From the NCBI GenBank assembly GCA_964607655.1, contig CAZSKX010000002.1, forward strand, positions 77,327 to 141,326: 64,000 bases of DNA. Reading direction: 5' to 3'. How positions within the stretch are numbered: the first letter of the stretch is position 1; each line of letters opens with the position of its first letter. This DNA is from an uncultured Candidatus Saccharibacteria bacterium (GTDB lineage Bacteria; Patescibacteriota; Minisyncoccia; Phycocordibacterales; Phycocordibacteraceae). Shown here piece by piece: positions 12,208 to 21,686 of the stretch. The notes beneath the pieces are model-generated. The model was not told the DNA's origin. It was given only the letters and a program-made list of their open reading frames with translations, and ran no database searches. Position numbers and translations under genes: made by a program.

Positions 12208-13317
12208 ATGCGACAGAAAGTAATTCCAAAGATTGCCATTACGGGCGGTCCATGCGCAGGTAAAACAACTGCGTTGGCCGGACTTGAACAGAAGCTTGGA
12301 GATCTGGGCTTCTATCCGATCGTGATTCCGGAGACGGCCACCAAGGTCAGTCTCGCGGGAATCAGGCCGGGTGTCGTGCCGGTCAACGTTTTTCAGCGAC
12401 ACCTGCTTCGGCAGGGAAGGATCGATGAAGACTACTTCCTCGAAAGCGCGATGCATATCGACTCGGACAAGGTGGTGTTCCTCTGTGATCGAGGGTTGCC
12501 TGACATCGGGGCGTACACCTTGCCGCAGGAGTTCGAGCTCTTGCTCGCTGGGGAAGGCCTCAGTCTCGTGCAAGCACGTGACGTGCGCTACGATGCGGCG
12601 ATCTTTCTGCGCTCGGTGGCGTATGACGCGCCACATCTCTACACGCGCGAGAACAATGCGGCGCGCCGTGAGACGGTGGACGAGGCGCGCAAGGCCGACG
12701 AGCGCACGCTGGCTGCGTGGGTGGGGCACCCCCATCTGCGAGTGATCGACAATCGTGGTGACCTCGTGTGGAAGAGGGCGCGGGTGCTGGAAGCTATCTG
12801 TCGAGTGCTCGGTATCCCTGCGCCGCTCGAGATCGAGCGTAAGTTCCACGTGACCGGCTTCGACGTAAGCAGGATCCCTGCGCCCGTCCAACCTGTCGGC
12901 ATCACCCAGTACTACCTGGTGAGCGAAGAAGAGGGCGTGGTCGAGCGGGTCCGAGCGCGAAGTCAGGGAGGTGGCCAGGCGTTCTATCACACGATGAAGC
13001 GGTTGCTTCGACAGGGCGTCCGCGAGGAGGTCGAGGAGAAGATCACCCAGAAGGAATACTTTGCGTTCTTGCGCAGAGTGGACCCGCACTTCGGGAAGGT
13101 CGAGAAGACCAGGTACTGCTTCGTGTGGAAGAATCAGTACTTCGAGCTCGACGTATTCCACCAGCCACACGGGCTCATGCTCCTCGAACACGAGCTCACG
13201 CGTGAAGACGAGGAGACCATCATGCCGGATTTCCTCGCGGGACACGTTCGTGACGTGAGTGACGATCCTGCGTTCACCAATGTGGAGATTGCTCGGCGCC
13301 TCGCTCGCGCCGCTTGA
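12208..13317 (+). CDS. P-loop nucleotide kinase (AAA_28/NadR-RNK-like) fused to a C-terminal CYTH (triphosphate tunnel) domain
   Basis: N-terminal Walker A ITGGPCAGKTT. The C-terminal half begins with the CYTH signature EIERKFHV (the ExExK motif). Its GC3 is higher than the neighbouring genes. Confidence 0.7.
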   Translation: MRQKVIPKIAITGGPCAGKTTALAGLEQKLGDLGFYPIVIPETATKVSLAGIRPGVVPVNVFQRHLLRQGRIDEDYFLESAMHIDSDKVVFLCDRGLPDIGAYTLPQEFELLLAGEGLSLVQARDVRYDAAIFLRSVAYDAPHLYTRENNAARRETVDEARKADERTLAAWVGHPHLRVIDNRGDLVWKRARVLEAICRVLGIPAPLEIERKFHVTGFDVSRIPAPVQPVGITQYYLVSEEEGVVERVRARSQGGGQAFYHTMKRLLRQGVREEVEEKITQKEYFAFLRRVDPHFGKVEKTRYCFVWKNQYFELDVFHQPHGLMLLEHELTREDEETIMPDFLAGHVRDVSDDPAFTNVEIARRLARAA

Positions 13318-13339
13318 GGAGGTTCTTTCGGAAAAAGAA

Positions 13340-13380
13340 AATGCCCGTGCGTGACTGCTGTCACGCACGGGCATTTAAAT
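13340..13380. terminator. Rho-independent terminator
   Basis: 15-bp perfect stem atgcccgtgcgtgac/gtcacgcacgggcat with loop tgct, followed by a T-rich stretch. Confidence 0.75.
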
Positions 13381-13479
13381 TTACCGACGATTCATCTGGC
13401 ACGCTACAGTTGTTGTTCTTGCTGAGAATGCGCAAAAGCTGAGCTTGCTTCATGTAACCTCCATCCCTATACTCTCTCA

Positions 13480-14070
13480 ATGTCAGTGAAAATTTCTCCG
13501 AAAAAAGTAGTCCTATCACGCATCGCGCAAGACACCCTTTTTGCTCCGACGATCACCCCAGCACGAACACTCCGCTACAACGGAGCGGTTACTCGAGCGC
13601 TCTCTGACAAGGTGCTTAGAGATATCGAACGGCTTATGCACAAGGCTCCGAGTGAGAACGTATTTCTTATGGTGACTTCGACGGGTGGGCCTACGGGTAT
13701 CGCCATGAACTTTTTTGATACGATTCGTCACATACTCCGTGCTCCGCTCGTGACGATCGGTTCAGGAGATGTCGACTCCTCAGGCGTTATTATCCTCCTC
13801 TCGGGAGAACGACGCTATGTGACTGCTCGTACGACCCTCCTCCTCCATTCGGCCGGCCGTTTCTTCGGCGCGCAGCGCTATACCACCACAGAAATGGCCT
13901 CTATGCTGCGCGAAGATCGACTTAAGGATGAACAGTACGCAGGCGTGATCGCCGAACGTTCGCAAGGAGCTTTGAGTGTTACCCGAGTGCTTGAGCTTAT
14001 GGAACGACAGGCGGTGCTCACGCCCCAAGAACTCGTCGACTATAATCTTGCGCACGGCATTCTCGCGTAA
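13480..14070 (+). CDS. ClpP-family (S14) serine peptidase, divergent
   Basis: It is collinear with ClpP. TSTGGPTGIAMNFFDTI corresponds to INSPGGxxxAGxAIYDTM. GDVDSSG corresponds to the GQAASMG Ser site. LLLHSAGRFFGAQ corresponds to IMIHQPSGGAQG. It is 196 aa. Confidence 0.7.
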   Translation: MSVKISPKKVVLSRIAQDTLFAPTITPARTLRYNGAVTRALSDKVLRDIERLMHKAPSENVFLMVTSTGGPTGIAMNFFDTIRHILRAPLVTIGSGDVDSSGVIILLSGERRYVTARTTLLLHSAGRFFGAQRYTTTEMASMLREDRLKDEQYAGVIAERSQGALSVTRVLELMERQAVLTPQELVDYNLAHGILA

Positions 14071-14182
14071 CGTCTAACGCGCGGACTCTTCGTTAACCAA
14101 AATTTAACACGCTCATTTGTATACTCGGGGCTGGTCGACAAAAAAAGAGTGTGAGGATTACCAGAGCGTAACTACCAAACGT

Positions 14183-14425
14183 ATGGCAGGAACCAGTAAT
14201 CGCGGATTTGCGTCGATGGATGAAGAGAAGCAGCGAGAGATCGCAAGCAAGGGCGGCAAAGCCGCACACGAGAAGGGCACTGCGCACGAGTTTACTTCAG
14301 AAGAGGCTCGTGAGGCAGGTCGTAAGGGTGGCAAGGCATCCCACGGAGGCCGTAGTAACGAGGACGATAGCAACTACGGCCGCGGCGACAGTGGAGGTAG
14401 CAGTCCAGGCAGCCAGGAGATCTAG
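14183..14425 (+). CDS. General stress protein, KGG-repeat family (YciG-like)
   Basis: Repeated ...SKGGKAAHEKG.../...RKGGKASHGG... KGG motifs. The start is placed at the internal Met (the track ORF starts at 14117). Confidence 0.75.
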   Translation: MAGTSNRGFASMDEEKQREIASKGGKAAHEKGTAHEFTSEEAREAGRKGGKASHGGRSNEDDSNYGRGDSGGSSPGSQEI

Positions 14426-14435
14426 CTGCATATAT

Positions 14436-14474
14436 AAAAATACGCGCCTCTTCTGGGGCGCGTATTTTTATTTG
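14436..14474. terminator. Bidirectional terminator shared by the KGG gene (+) and pyk (-)
   Basis: atacgcgcc-tcttctgg-ggcgcgtat hairpin with flanking A/T runs on both sides. Confidence 0.75.
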
Positions 14475-14484
14475 AAACCGGTAT

Positions 14485-15909
14485 TTAGACGGTTTGTACC
14501 ATCATCAGGTTGGTGTTACCGGCCTTGCCGAGCGGTACGCCCGCTACGAGGATAATCCGGTCGCCCTTCTTGGCGAGCTTCTCTGAGAGGATCGCCTTCT
14601 TGCCCTCGTCGATGACAGTGAGCACTGTTTCGAAGGAGGTAACGAGCATCGGGTGGCAGGCGAAGGAGAGGGCCAGCTTGCGCGCCGTGGTCTCGTGCGG
14701 GGTGAAGACGATGATCGGCTGCATCGGGCGATGGCGGGCGATCATGCGTCCTGTATAGCCGCTCTCTGAGAGAGCGACGATCGCACGCACGTCGAGGCGT
14801 ATCGCGGTCTCAGCAACGGCACGGCCGAGAGCGTCAACAAGATCGTACTCCTCGCGCTTCAAGAAATGTTTAAACAGGTTGCGATAGGTCGGCTGGTTCT
14901 CGGTCTCGCAGGCGATCTTTGCCATCATCGATACGGCCTCGAGCGGGAAGTCGCCGAGCGCTGACTCCTCAGAGAGCATCACGGCGTCGGTGCCGTCGAG
15001 GATCGCGTTTGCGACGTCGGCCACCTCGGCGCGGGTCGGGACCGGACTCTTCACCATGCTCTCGAGCATCTGGGTCGCGGTGATAACCGGCTTACCAGCG
15101 GCGACACAGGCACGGATGATCTGCTTCTGGATAAAGGGCACGTTTTCTGCCGAGACCTCTACGGCGAGATCGCCGCGAGCGACCATGATCCCATCGCTCG
15201 CAGCGATGATCGCGTCGATGTCCGCAACCGCCTCAGGCGTCTCGATCTTCGAGATAATCCCGGGGACGTGTTTTGGTGACTGCTTCAAGATGAGTGCGCG
15301 GAGCTTCTTCACATCGTCGGCCGAGCGTACAAAGGAGAGGGCAACGAAGTCGACCTTCTCCTTAAGGCCAAAGGCGAGGTCAACCTTGTCCTTCGCGGTG
15401 ATTGCGCTCACTTTACAGAATGCGCCGGGGGCGTTTACGCCACGGCGTCCCTTGATCGTGCCACCAACAAGCACCTTGGTGATCACGTCAGTCCCGCGGA
15501 CGCTCTGCACCTCGAGGGTGCGACGACCGTCGTCGAGGAGGATCATCGAGCCCTTCTTCACTTCCTTGTGGAGGTGGGGGTAGCCTACGAAGACCTTGTC
15601 CTTGGTGCCGACGCAGGGCGTGGTCGAGAGGGTAAAGGTCTGACCCTTCACGAGGGTGATGCTTCCGTCAGCGAAGTCGCCGATGCGGACCTTAGGGCCG
15701 CAGAGGTCCTGGAGGATCGCGATGGGGGCATTAAGCTCGGTTGCGACCGTGCGAATATTCGCCATCTTAGCCCCTTGCTCGGCGTGATCGCCGTGAGAGA
15801 AGTTGACGCGCGCGACGTTCATGCCCGCCTTGATAAGGGCAGCCAGGGTCTTAGGGTCTGACGAGGCAGGGCCGATAGTGGCTACAATTTTGGTTCGTTT
15901 TGATCGCAT
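14485..15909 (-). CDS. pyk: Pyruvate kinase
   Basis: 474 aa; MRSKRTKIVATIGPAS N-terminus; PK barrel and C-terminal domains. Confidence 0.95.
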   Translation of the reverse strand: MRSKRTKIVATIGPASSDPKTLAALIKAGMNVARVNFSHGDHAEQGAKMANIRTVATELNAPIAILQDLCGPKVRIGDFADGSITLVKGQTFTLSTTPCVGTKDKVFVGYPHLHKEVKKGSMILLDDGRRTLEVQSVRGTDVITKVLVGGTIKGRRGVNAPGAFCKVSAITAKDKVDLAFGLKEKVDFVALSFVRSADDVKKLRALILKQSPKHVPGIISKIETPEAVADIDAIIAASDGIMVARGDLAVEVSAENVPFIQKQIIRACVAAGKPVITATQMLESMVKSPVPTRAEVADVANAILDGTDAVMLSEESALGDFPLEAVSMMAKIACETENQPTYRNLFKHFLKREEYDLVDALGRAVAETAIRLDVRAIVALSESGYTGRMIARHRPMQPIIVFTPHETTARKLALSFACHPMLVTSFETVLTVIDEGKKAILSEKLAKKGDRIILVAGVPLGKAGNTNLMMVQTV

Positions 15910-16275
15910 ATATAAAAAATAAAAGCTCCGCGGGGCGAAGTGCGTTCACTATACTGTAACTTGGACAGTTTGGGAATACGTTCTTGCGAAGTGCGGGCGA
16001 CCTGTTACCATTGTTTCGTGGTCGACGCTTGTCAGCTAATCACATGGCTGGCTACATTTTTTGTAGCCTCCAACCACAAACATCATGGATGAAGTAAATG
16101 ACCAGGCAGTACCGGCTACCGACGCTCCGGAAGCAGCCCCTGAAACACAGGAGGAGGCTCCTGTTGAGGCTCCGGCGATGCCCGAGATGCCAGCAGAAGG
16201 CGAGGCAGCTGCATAAGCGTCTCTTTAATCAAAATAGCCACGGCAGGAGCTGTGGCTATTTGATTTTGATATACT

Positions 16276-16677
16276 GTGATGATGAAAGGATATATCGCTA
16301 ACATTGAAGACAAAGCGCTTACCAATAATTATTTCCGTGAGGTGCTTTATACCGATGAGCGTGTCCAGCTCGTGGTCATGAGCTTATTGCCCGGAGAGGA
16401 GATCGGCGAAGAGGTGCACGATCTTGACCAGTTCCTGCGCGTCGAGCAAGGAGAGGGGAAGGCTGTACTCGATGGAGTCGAAAACCTCATCAAGGACGGT
16501 TCAGCTATCGTGGTGCCGAAAGGGACGAAGCATAACCTCATCAACACGTCCTCGACCGAGTCGATGAAGCTCTATACGCTCTACGCTCCGCCTAACCACA
16601 AAGACGGTACTATCCATATAACAAAGGCCGAGGCAGAAGCAGCTGATGAGCATTTCGACGGCCAGACGACGGAATAA
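16276..16677 (+). CDS. Cupin-domain protein
   Basis: A small beta-barrel cupin (VVPKGTKHNLIN region); 133 aa. Confidence 0.65.
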   Translation: MMMKGYIANIEDKALTNNYFREVLYTDERVQLVVMSLLPGEEIGEEVHDLDQFLRVEQGEGKAVLDGVENLIKDGSAIVVPKGTKHNLINTSSTESMKLYTLYAPPNHKDGTIHITKAEAEAADEHFDGQTTE

Positions 16678-16682
16678 CGTTC

Positions 16683-18140
16683 GTGTGGTATAATGGTGCG
16701 TACATGAAGCTTATTCAAGGCGCGAAAAATGTCAGTCGATGGGTTCGGCAGCACTGGATCATATCCACGTGTGTTGCCCTCCTTGTTGTAGGAGGCGGTT
16801 ATTGGTACTACAGCGCAAATCGCCCGGAGGAGTACCAGTTTGTTGTGGTCACGCGGGGCCCTATCACGGAGACGGTGTCAGTAACCGGAAGCACAGAAGC
16901 CGTACAGAATGTATCCCTAGCATTCCAAAGCTCGGGGATGATTGCTCGTGTATACCGTGAGGTGGGCGATCGAGTATCTGCAGGCGAAGTCCTCGCAGTG
17001 CTTAACACCGCCTCGCTCCAGGCTGCGCTCCAGGAGGCGCAGGCTGCCTACGACAGCGCCGTTGCTTCTCGTTCGTCCATTCCAGTAGGGGAGACAGAAA
17101 CCGCGGCGCGTAACGCATACTTGTCTGCCTACACAGTGATCGATACAACTCTGTACGACAAGGTCGATACATTTTTTGGTGGCAGTACTGCCTATGGGCC
17201 AGAGCTTCTCATATCTGCGCCAGCGTACAATTTTGGCGAATTATCACGAGACCGTGCAAGGATTGCTGAAGATATGAGGGCCTACAAGTCCGCGCTAACA
17301 GAAGCTTCGTCAAAAGATCCGCTTACGCTCCTGACTCAGGCTAACGCGACCGCTACTAACGTCATGACTTTCTTGAACAAGATCGCGGTGGCGGCGAATG
17401 ACTCTAATTCAGGCGCGACCGCTACGCAGCTTGCTGCGCTCACCACTGCGCGCTCTACGGTAAGCACCTTGCTCGCGACGCTTTCGACGGCACGAGATTC
17501 GTACCGTAGCGGGAGCGTGAACTCAACCGCCGTCGCCGACGCAAGTGTTGAACAGGCGGCGGCCAGAATCGCGATAGCGCGGGCCAATATCGCAAATGCT
17601 CAGATAGTGGCACCGTTCTCAGGTACGGTGACCCAGTTTGATGCGAAGGTGGGACAGACCGCGACCGCAGGAGCTCCACTCATCTCCCTTATTTCAACGG
17701 GAGGTTTCCAAATAACGGCTGGAATCTCTGAGACGGATATCGGGAAGATTGCGGTTGGGAATAAGGTCTCGATGACGCTCGATGCCTTCCCCAACGAGAC
17801 GTTTATGGGTACGATTTTCTACATCGATCCCGCTGAGACGATCATCGACGGCGTTGTTGACTACAAGATCAAAGCCACCTTCGATAAGGCCGATCCTCGG
17901 ATGAAGAGTGGACTCACGGTAAACCTCGACATCATGACACGCAGCAAAGACGACGTGCTCCTCTTGCCGCAGTACGCGATCCTTGAGGATGATGCGGGCA
18001 GTTATGTTAAGACTGTTGCCACCACAACGCCGCTTCGGGTGCCTATAACCCGCGGTATCCAAGATGAGGAGGGCATGGTGGAGATCCTCTCGGGAGTAGC
18101 AGAGGGTGATCAGGTGTTGAACGTTGGCTTGAAGCAGTAG
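16683..18140 (+). CDS. Efflux periplasmic adaptor (HlyD/MacA family)
   Basis: An N-terminal TM anchor and a long coiled-coil middle region. The lipoyl/beta-barrel C-terminus resembles MacA (QIVAPFSGTVTQF). The start may be the internal Met at 16701. Confidence 0.8.
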   Translation: MWYNGAYMKLIQGAKNVSRWVRQHWIISTCVALLVVGGGYWYYSANRPEEYQFVVVTRGPITETVSVTGSTEAVQNVSLAFQSSGMIARVYREVGDRVSAGEVLAVLNTASLQAALQEAQAAYDSAVASRSSIPVGETETAARNAYLSAYTVIDTTLYDKVDTFFGGSTAYGPELLISAPAYNFGELSRDRARIAEDMRAYKSALTEASSKDPLTLLTQANATATNVMTFLNKIAVAANDSNSGATATQLAALTTARSTVSTLLATLSTARDSYRSGSVNSTAVADASVEQAAARIAIARANIANAQIVAPFSGTVTQFDAKVGQTATAGAPLISLISTGGFQITAGISETDIGKIAVGNKVSMTLDAFPNETFMGTIFYIDPAETIIDGVVDYKIKATFDKADPRMKSGLTVNLDIMTRSKDDVLLLPQYAILEDDAGSYVKTVATTTPLRVPITRGIQDEEGMVEILSGVAEGDQVLNVGLKQ

Positions 18141-18143
18141 CGC

Positions 18144-18854
18144 ATGATTGAGGTGCAGCATCTCAAAAAAGAATTTTCTGAAGAAGAGACGGTTACTCGT
18201 GCCCTCCGTGGGGTTACATTTTCGATCGAGGAGGGTGAGTTCGTGTCTATCATGGGTCCGTCTGGATCAGGGAAATCCACCCTGCTAAGTATTCTTTCAT
18301 TCCTCGATCGTCCTACGGGTGGGGCGTACACCTTCAACGGGAAAAGTATGGAAGATATGGACGACCGTGAGCTTGCGCGCGTGCGTAACGAAGACATGGG
18401 CTTCGTATTTCAGTCGTTCAACCTGCTCTCGCGGCTTACGGTCTACGACAACGTGGAGATCCCGCTCTTGTATTCAACCATCCCTTCACGCGAACGAAAG
18501 GCAAGGATCGAAGAGGCGGTTGAAGGGGTTGGTCTCGGTGAAAAACTCTACACCGAGACGGGTCGACTCTCAGGCGGGCAGAAGCAGCGTGTGGCGATCG
18601 CCCGAGCTCTCGTGACGAAACCAGGGGTCATTTTCGCCGACGAACCAACGGGCAATCTTGACTCAAAGTCGGGCGAACAGGTCATGGACATTCTTGCAGA
18701 CTTAAACGAGCAGGGGCACACCATCATTCTCGTGACGCACGAGACCAATACGGCTGAATACGCACGTCGGATCATCAGGATCGTAGACGGCGAGATCGAG
18801 AGCGACACGAAGGCGCACAAGCAGCGTTCACATAAGACAGGCGCGCTTAAGTAA
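18144..18854 (+). CDS. ABC transporter ATP-binding protein, MacB/LolD type
   Basis: Walker [10 protein letters not shown], signature [15 protein letters not shown], Walker [12 protein letters not shown]. Confidence 0.9.
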   Translation: MIEVQHLKKEFSEEETVTRALRGVTFSIEEGEFVSIMGPSGSGKSTLLSILSFLDRPTGGAYTFNGKSMEDMDDRELARVRNEDMGFVFQSFNLLSRLTVYDNVEIPLLYSTIPSRERKARIEEAVEGVGLGEKLYTETGRLSGGQKQRVAIARALVTKPGVIFADEPTGNLDSKSGEQVMDILADLNEQGHTIILVTHETNTAEYARRIIRIVDGEIESDTKAHKQRSHKTGALK

Positions 18855-18855
18855 T

Positions 18856-20085
18856 ATGCTTCTCCGAGATGCTTTCGTCAGTGCGACGCGAAGCCTTGCT
18901 CACCGCAAGATGCGTTCGGCGCTGACAATGCTTGGGATTATCATTGGCATTGCCTCGGTGATTATCATCATGTCTCTTGGCTCTTCGGCGGAGCAATATA
19001 TCCTCGCGCAGGTACAGTCGTTTGGTTCAGACCTGATTGCCGTCAACCCCGGCGCACCTACCAATGGTCCACCAGCTGCTGCACAGGGCATCATCATTAA
19101 GACGCTCACGCAGCGCGATGTGGACTCGCTCGAACAAGAGCCCTCAATTGTCCGAGTCGCGGCGCGTGTGAGCGGACAGTCGCGGATCGCCTATGGCGAC
19201 ACCGACCGATCGGTCGTCTGGCATGCGTTTTCTCCGATCGGTTTTGACATGTTCAACATGGAGCTCTCGAGCGGGTACAACTTTACCGACGCAGACATGC
19301 GCTCCTACAACAAGGTCGTGATCTTGGGATCAAATGTGGCCGAAGATCTTTTTGGTGATGTCGAGCCAGTAGGGAAACAAGTGCGCCTCAAAGGGCTTTC
19401 ATTCCGTGTCGTGGGAGTCTTTGCGCCGAAGGGTGCGGGCATTTTCAGCTTCGACGACTATGCCGTGATGCCCCTTTCGGTAGGGCAGAAGCAAATGCTC
19501 AATATTGATTATTATCATGAACTCAGCACGCAGTTTGATCCTCGGTACGACACGAACTTTGTAAAAGAACGCATCACCTCCGTCTTGCGACAAAATCATC
19601 GCATCACCGATCCGTCCAAGGATGACTTCATGGTAACCGCGATGGAAGAAGCGCTCAGCATCGTGACGAGCATCACGTCAGCTTTGACCTTTTTCCTGTC
19701 CGCCATCGCGGCGATCTCTCTTATTGTGGGAGGAATCGGCATTATGAACATTATGCTCGTATCGGTCACCGAGCGTACTCGAGAGATTGGCCTGCGCAAG
19801 GCGGTCGGCGCGACTGAACGCGATATCTTGCAGCAGTTTCTTATCGAATCCATACTCCTTACCATGCTCGGCGGGCTCATGGGCATCCTCCTCGGGGCGT
19901 TTGTGGTTGGGGCGGCGTATTACGCGATCAACGCGTTTATGGGAATTGAGTGGATTTTTGCCTTTCCGCCTTTTGCCGTCTTCTTGGCGCTCTCCGTTTC
20001 AACCCTCTCGGGGCTAGCGTTTGGGATTTATCCAGCCCGCCAGGCCGCCCGCAAGAATCCTATCGACGCACTCAGGTACGAATAA
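18856..20085 (+). CDS. ABC transporter permease, MacB/FtsX-like (4 TM plus a periplasmic domain)
   Basis: 409 aa with a MacB_PCD-like periplasmic domain and a C-terminal FtsX-type TM bundle; translationally coupled to the ATPase. Confidence 0.85.
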   Translation: MLLRDAFVSATRSLAHRKMRSALTMLGIIIGIASVIIIMSLGSSAEQYILAQVQSFGSDLIAVNPGAPTNGPPAAAQGIIIKTLTQRDVDSLEQEPSIVRVAARVSGQSRIAYGDTDRSVVWHAFSPIGFDMFNMELSSGYNFTDADMRSYNKVVILGSNVAEDLFGDVEPVGKQVRLKGLSFRVVGVFAPKGAGIFSFDDYAVMPLSVGQKQMLNIDYYHELSTQFDPRYDTNFVKERITSVLRQNHRITDPSKDDFMVTAMEEALSIVTSITSALTFFLSAIAAISLIVGGIGIMNIMLVSVTERTREIGLRKAVGATERDILQQFLIESILLTMLGGLMGILLGAFVVGAAYYAINAFMGIEWIFAFPPFAVFLALSVSTLSGLAFGIYPARQAARKNPIDALRYE

Positions 20086-20126
20086 GTGTGCTCCCCGAGG
20101 AGACTTTTGTGGTGTACTATAGAAAT

Positions 20127-21008
20127 ATGCGTACGTTAATCAGAACTCTTGGAGGCTTCGTCGCGCTCTCATTGCTCGTAGTGGCTTCTCCTGTGGCTGC
20201 AGCACCGCTCTCGACCGCTCAAATCGATGCAGTGGTCGCACTCTTGAAGTCATTTAATGCAGACCAGGATCTTATTACCCAGGTACAAAACGATCTCATC
20301 AGCCGTTCAAGCTCTCAGTATGGATGCTATACCTTCGCGGCAAATGTTCGTCCGGGCTCTGCTGGCCAGGAAGTGACCGCGCTCCAAAACGCGCTCCGTG
20401 CGGACGGGCATACAGTGACCGTTACGGGTATCTACGATGCGCAGACAACACTCGCGGTGACGGCATTTCAAGAAAAGCACGCGACAGAGATCTTGGCTCC
20501 GCTCGGGCTTGCTCGAGGGACCGGGTTTTTTGGTGCTGCCACGCGCACCACACTCAATAAGCTCTACGGGTGCGCGTCAGCGGGTAGTGCTGAGGGAAAA
20601 GTGGTCGCGAGTTCAACGCCGGTGCGCTTTGAGCTAAATGGACCCGTGTACGGTCAGCTCGACTATAACAATGATGCCCGGACTGATCAGGCTGACGTAC
20701 AGTTTCTACTCGATGTGGCTGTGGGTGCGCAGAAGTGTCCGGGCAGCAAGCTCTGCGACCTCGACAAGGACGGTCGGGCAGTCGCGAGCGACGCGCTCGT
20801 CCTCGCAAACTATATCGGCAGCGTCGCGAAGCCGGGACAACTCGACTACAACGACGACCTTAAACTTAATGCCACTGACACCTCAGAACTCGAGCGTATT
20901 CTCGCGAGTGGTGCAGCCTGTCCGGCAAAGAAGGTCTGTGACGTCACGGGCGATGCGGTCTTCAACAGAAGCGACGTCGAATTTGTTGGAAATTATATTG
21001 GGCTATAG
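20127..21008 (+). CDS. Secreted protein with a peptidoglycan-binding domain (PG_binding_1) and dockerin-type Ca-binding repeats
   Basis: Signal peptide MRTLIRTLGGFVALSLLVVASPVAAA. The PG-binding motif is GSAGQEVTALQNALRADGH...GIYDAQT. Four DxNxDxxxxxxD dockerin-like repeats are present (DYNNDARTDQADV, DLDKDGRAVASDAL, DYNDDLKLNATDTS, DVTGDAVFNRSDVE). The track ORF begins upstream at 19950. Confidence 0.65.
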   Translation: MRTLIRTLGGFVALSLLVVASPVAAAPLSTAQIDAVVALLKSFNADQDLITQVQNDLISRSSSQYGCYTFAANVRPGSAGQEVTALQNALRADGHTVTVTGIYDAQTTLAVTAFQEKHATEILAPLGLARGTGFFGAATRTTLNKLYGCASAGSAEGKVVASSTPVRFELNGPVYGQLDYNNDARTDQADVQFLLDVAVGAQKCPGSKLCDLDKDGRAVASDALVLANYIGSVAKPGQLDYNDDLKLNATDTSELERILASGAACPAKKVCDVTGDAVFNRSDVEFVGNYIGL

Positions 21009-21010
21009 AT

Positions 21011-21538
21011 CTAGCGAGAGAGTGAGCGGAAGATCGAGGCGCGATAGCGATCAAGGCCGATATATCCAGCGACGCGTCTCGCGAGTACGGTGAGCCAGGC
21101 GAGTACGAGGAGCTGAGGGTTAGTGCTTACGGTGCCGGCGAGGAGGAAGTTTAAGTTCATAAACCCACCAAAGAAGGCGGCCACGCCGGTGAAGAGGCCA
21201 AGGATGAGACCAAGACCGACGGCGAGTTCTCCGAGCGTTATCATGTTTGACCACAGGGTGACCTGGGGAAGGACCACGCTCTTCAAAAAGCTCGCATACC
21301 AGAAAGAGACGTCAGGGTGAGCTCCTGCTGTTTTCGTAAGTGACCGTTCGACAAATCCAGTCAGTGCGGCGCCTGCGTTTCCTCCAAACCAGGCAGGATT
21401 AGCAAACTTCTCCAAACCAGCTGTGAGCCAGGCGTATCCGAGGTAGAGGCGCACGAGGAGCCAGAGTACCGCGCTGTTCTTTTCGTAGAAGAGTATGCGG
21501 GCGATGGCAGAAGGGTGAGTTTGGTGGGTAGTCATATA
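21011..21538 (-). CDS. DoxX-family membrane protein
   Basis: Four TM helices with DoxX-like LYLGYAWLTAGLEKF. Confidence 0.65.
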   Translation of the reverse strand, partial: YMTTHQTHPSAIARILFYEKNSAVLWLLVRLYLGYAWLTAGLEKFANPAWFGGNAGAALTGFVERSLTKTAGAHPDVSFWYASFLKSVVLPQVTLWSNMITLGELAVGLGLILGLFTGVAAFFGGFMNLNFLLAGTVSTNPQLLVLAWLTVLARRVAGYIGLDRYRASIFRSLSR

Positions 21539-21612
21539 CATATAGTGTAAAACGAATGCCCCACGACATGAGATCGACACGGTGCATAAGTTTTGATAAT
21601 GTTTCCCATATC

Positions 21613-21686
21613 GCTGGCGTAGCTCAGGTAGTTAGAGCGTGGGATTCATAAACCCAAGGTCGCAGGTGCAAATCCTGCCGTCAGCA
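21613..21686 (+). tRNA. tRNA with anticodon CAU (elongator Met or Ile2), atypical
   Basis: Hand-folded. The acceptor is GCUGGCG/CGUCAGC and the D-arm is GCUC-AGGUAGUUA-GAGC. The anticodon loop is UUCAUAA. Position 31:39 is an A/A mismatch. The T-arm is GCAGG-UGCAAAU-CCUGC, which places G at the normally invariant U55. No CCA is encoded. Confidence 0.6.

Noticed and set aside
12103-13374. 423-aa minus-strand ORF, the longest ORF at this locus
   Set aside because: It is antisense to the kinase-CYTH gene and has an Arg/Ser/His/Leu-rich, domain-free product typical of a shadow ORF in high-GC DNA. The plus-strand gene has Walker A and CYTH motifs.
13358-13453. Minus-strand ATG with a perfect GGAGG SD in the spacer between the kinase-CYTH and ClpP-like genes
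   Set aside because: The frame does not stop after about 30 codons as first thought. It reads through the terminator hairpin and 106 codons antisense into the CYTH gene (Arg-rich). The SD-like string is probably fortuitous.
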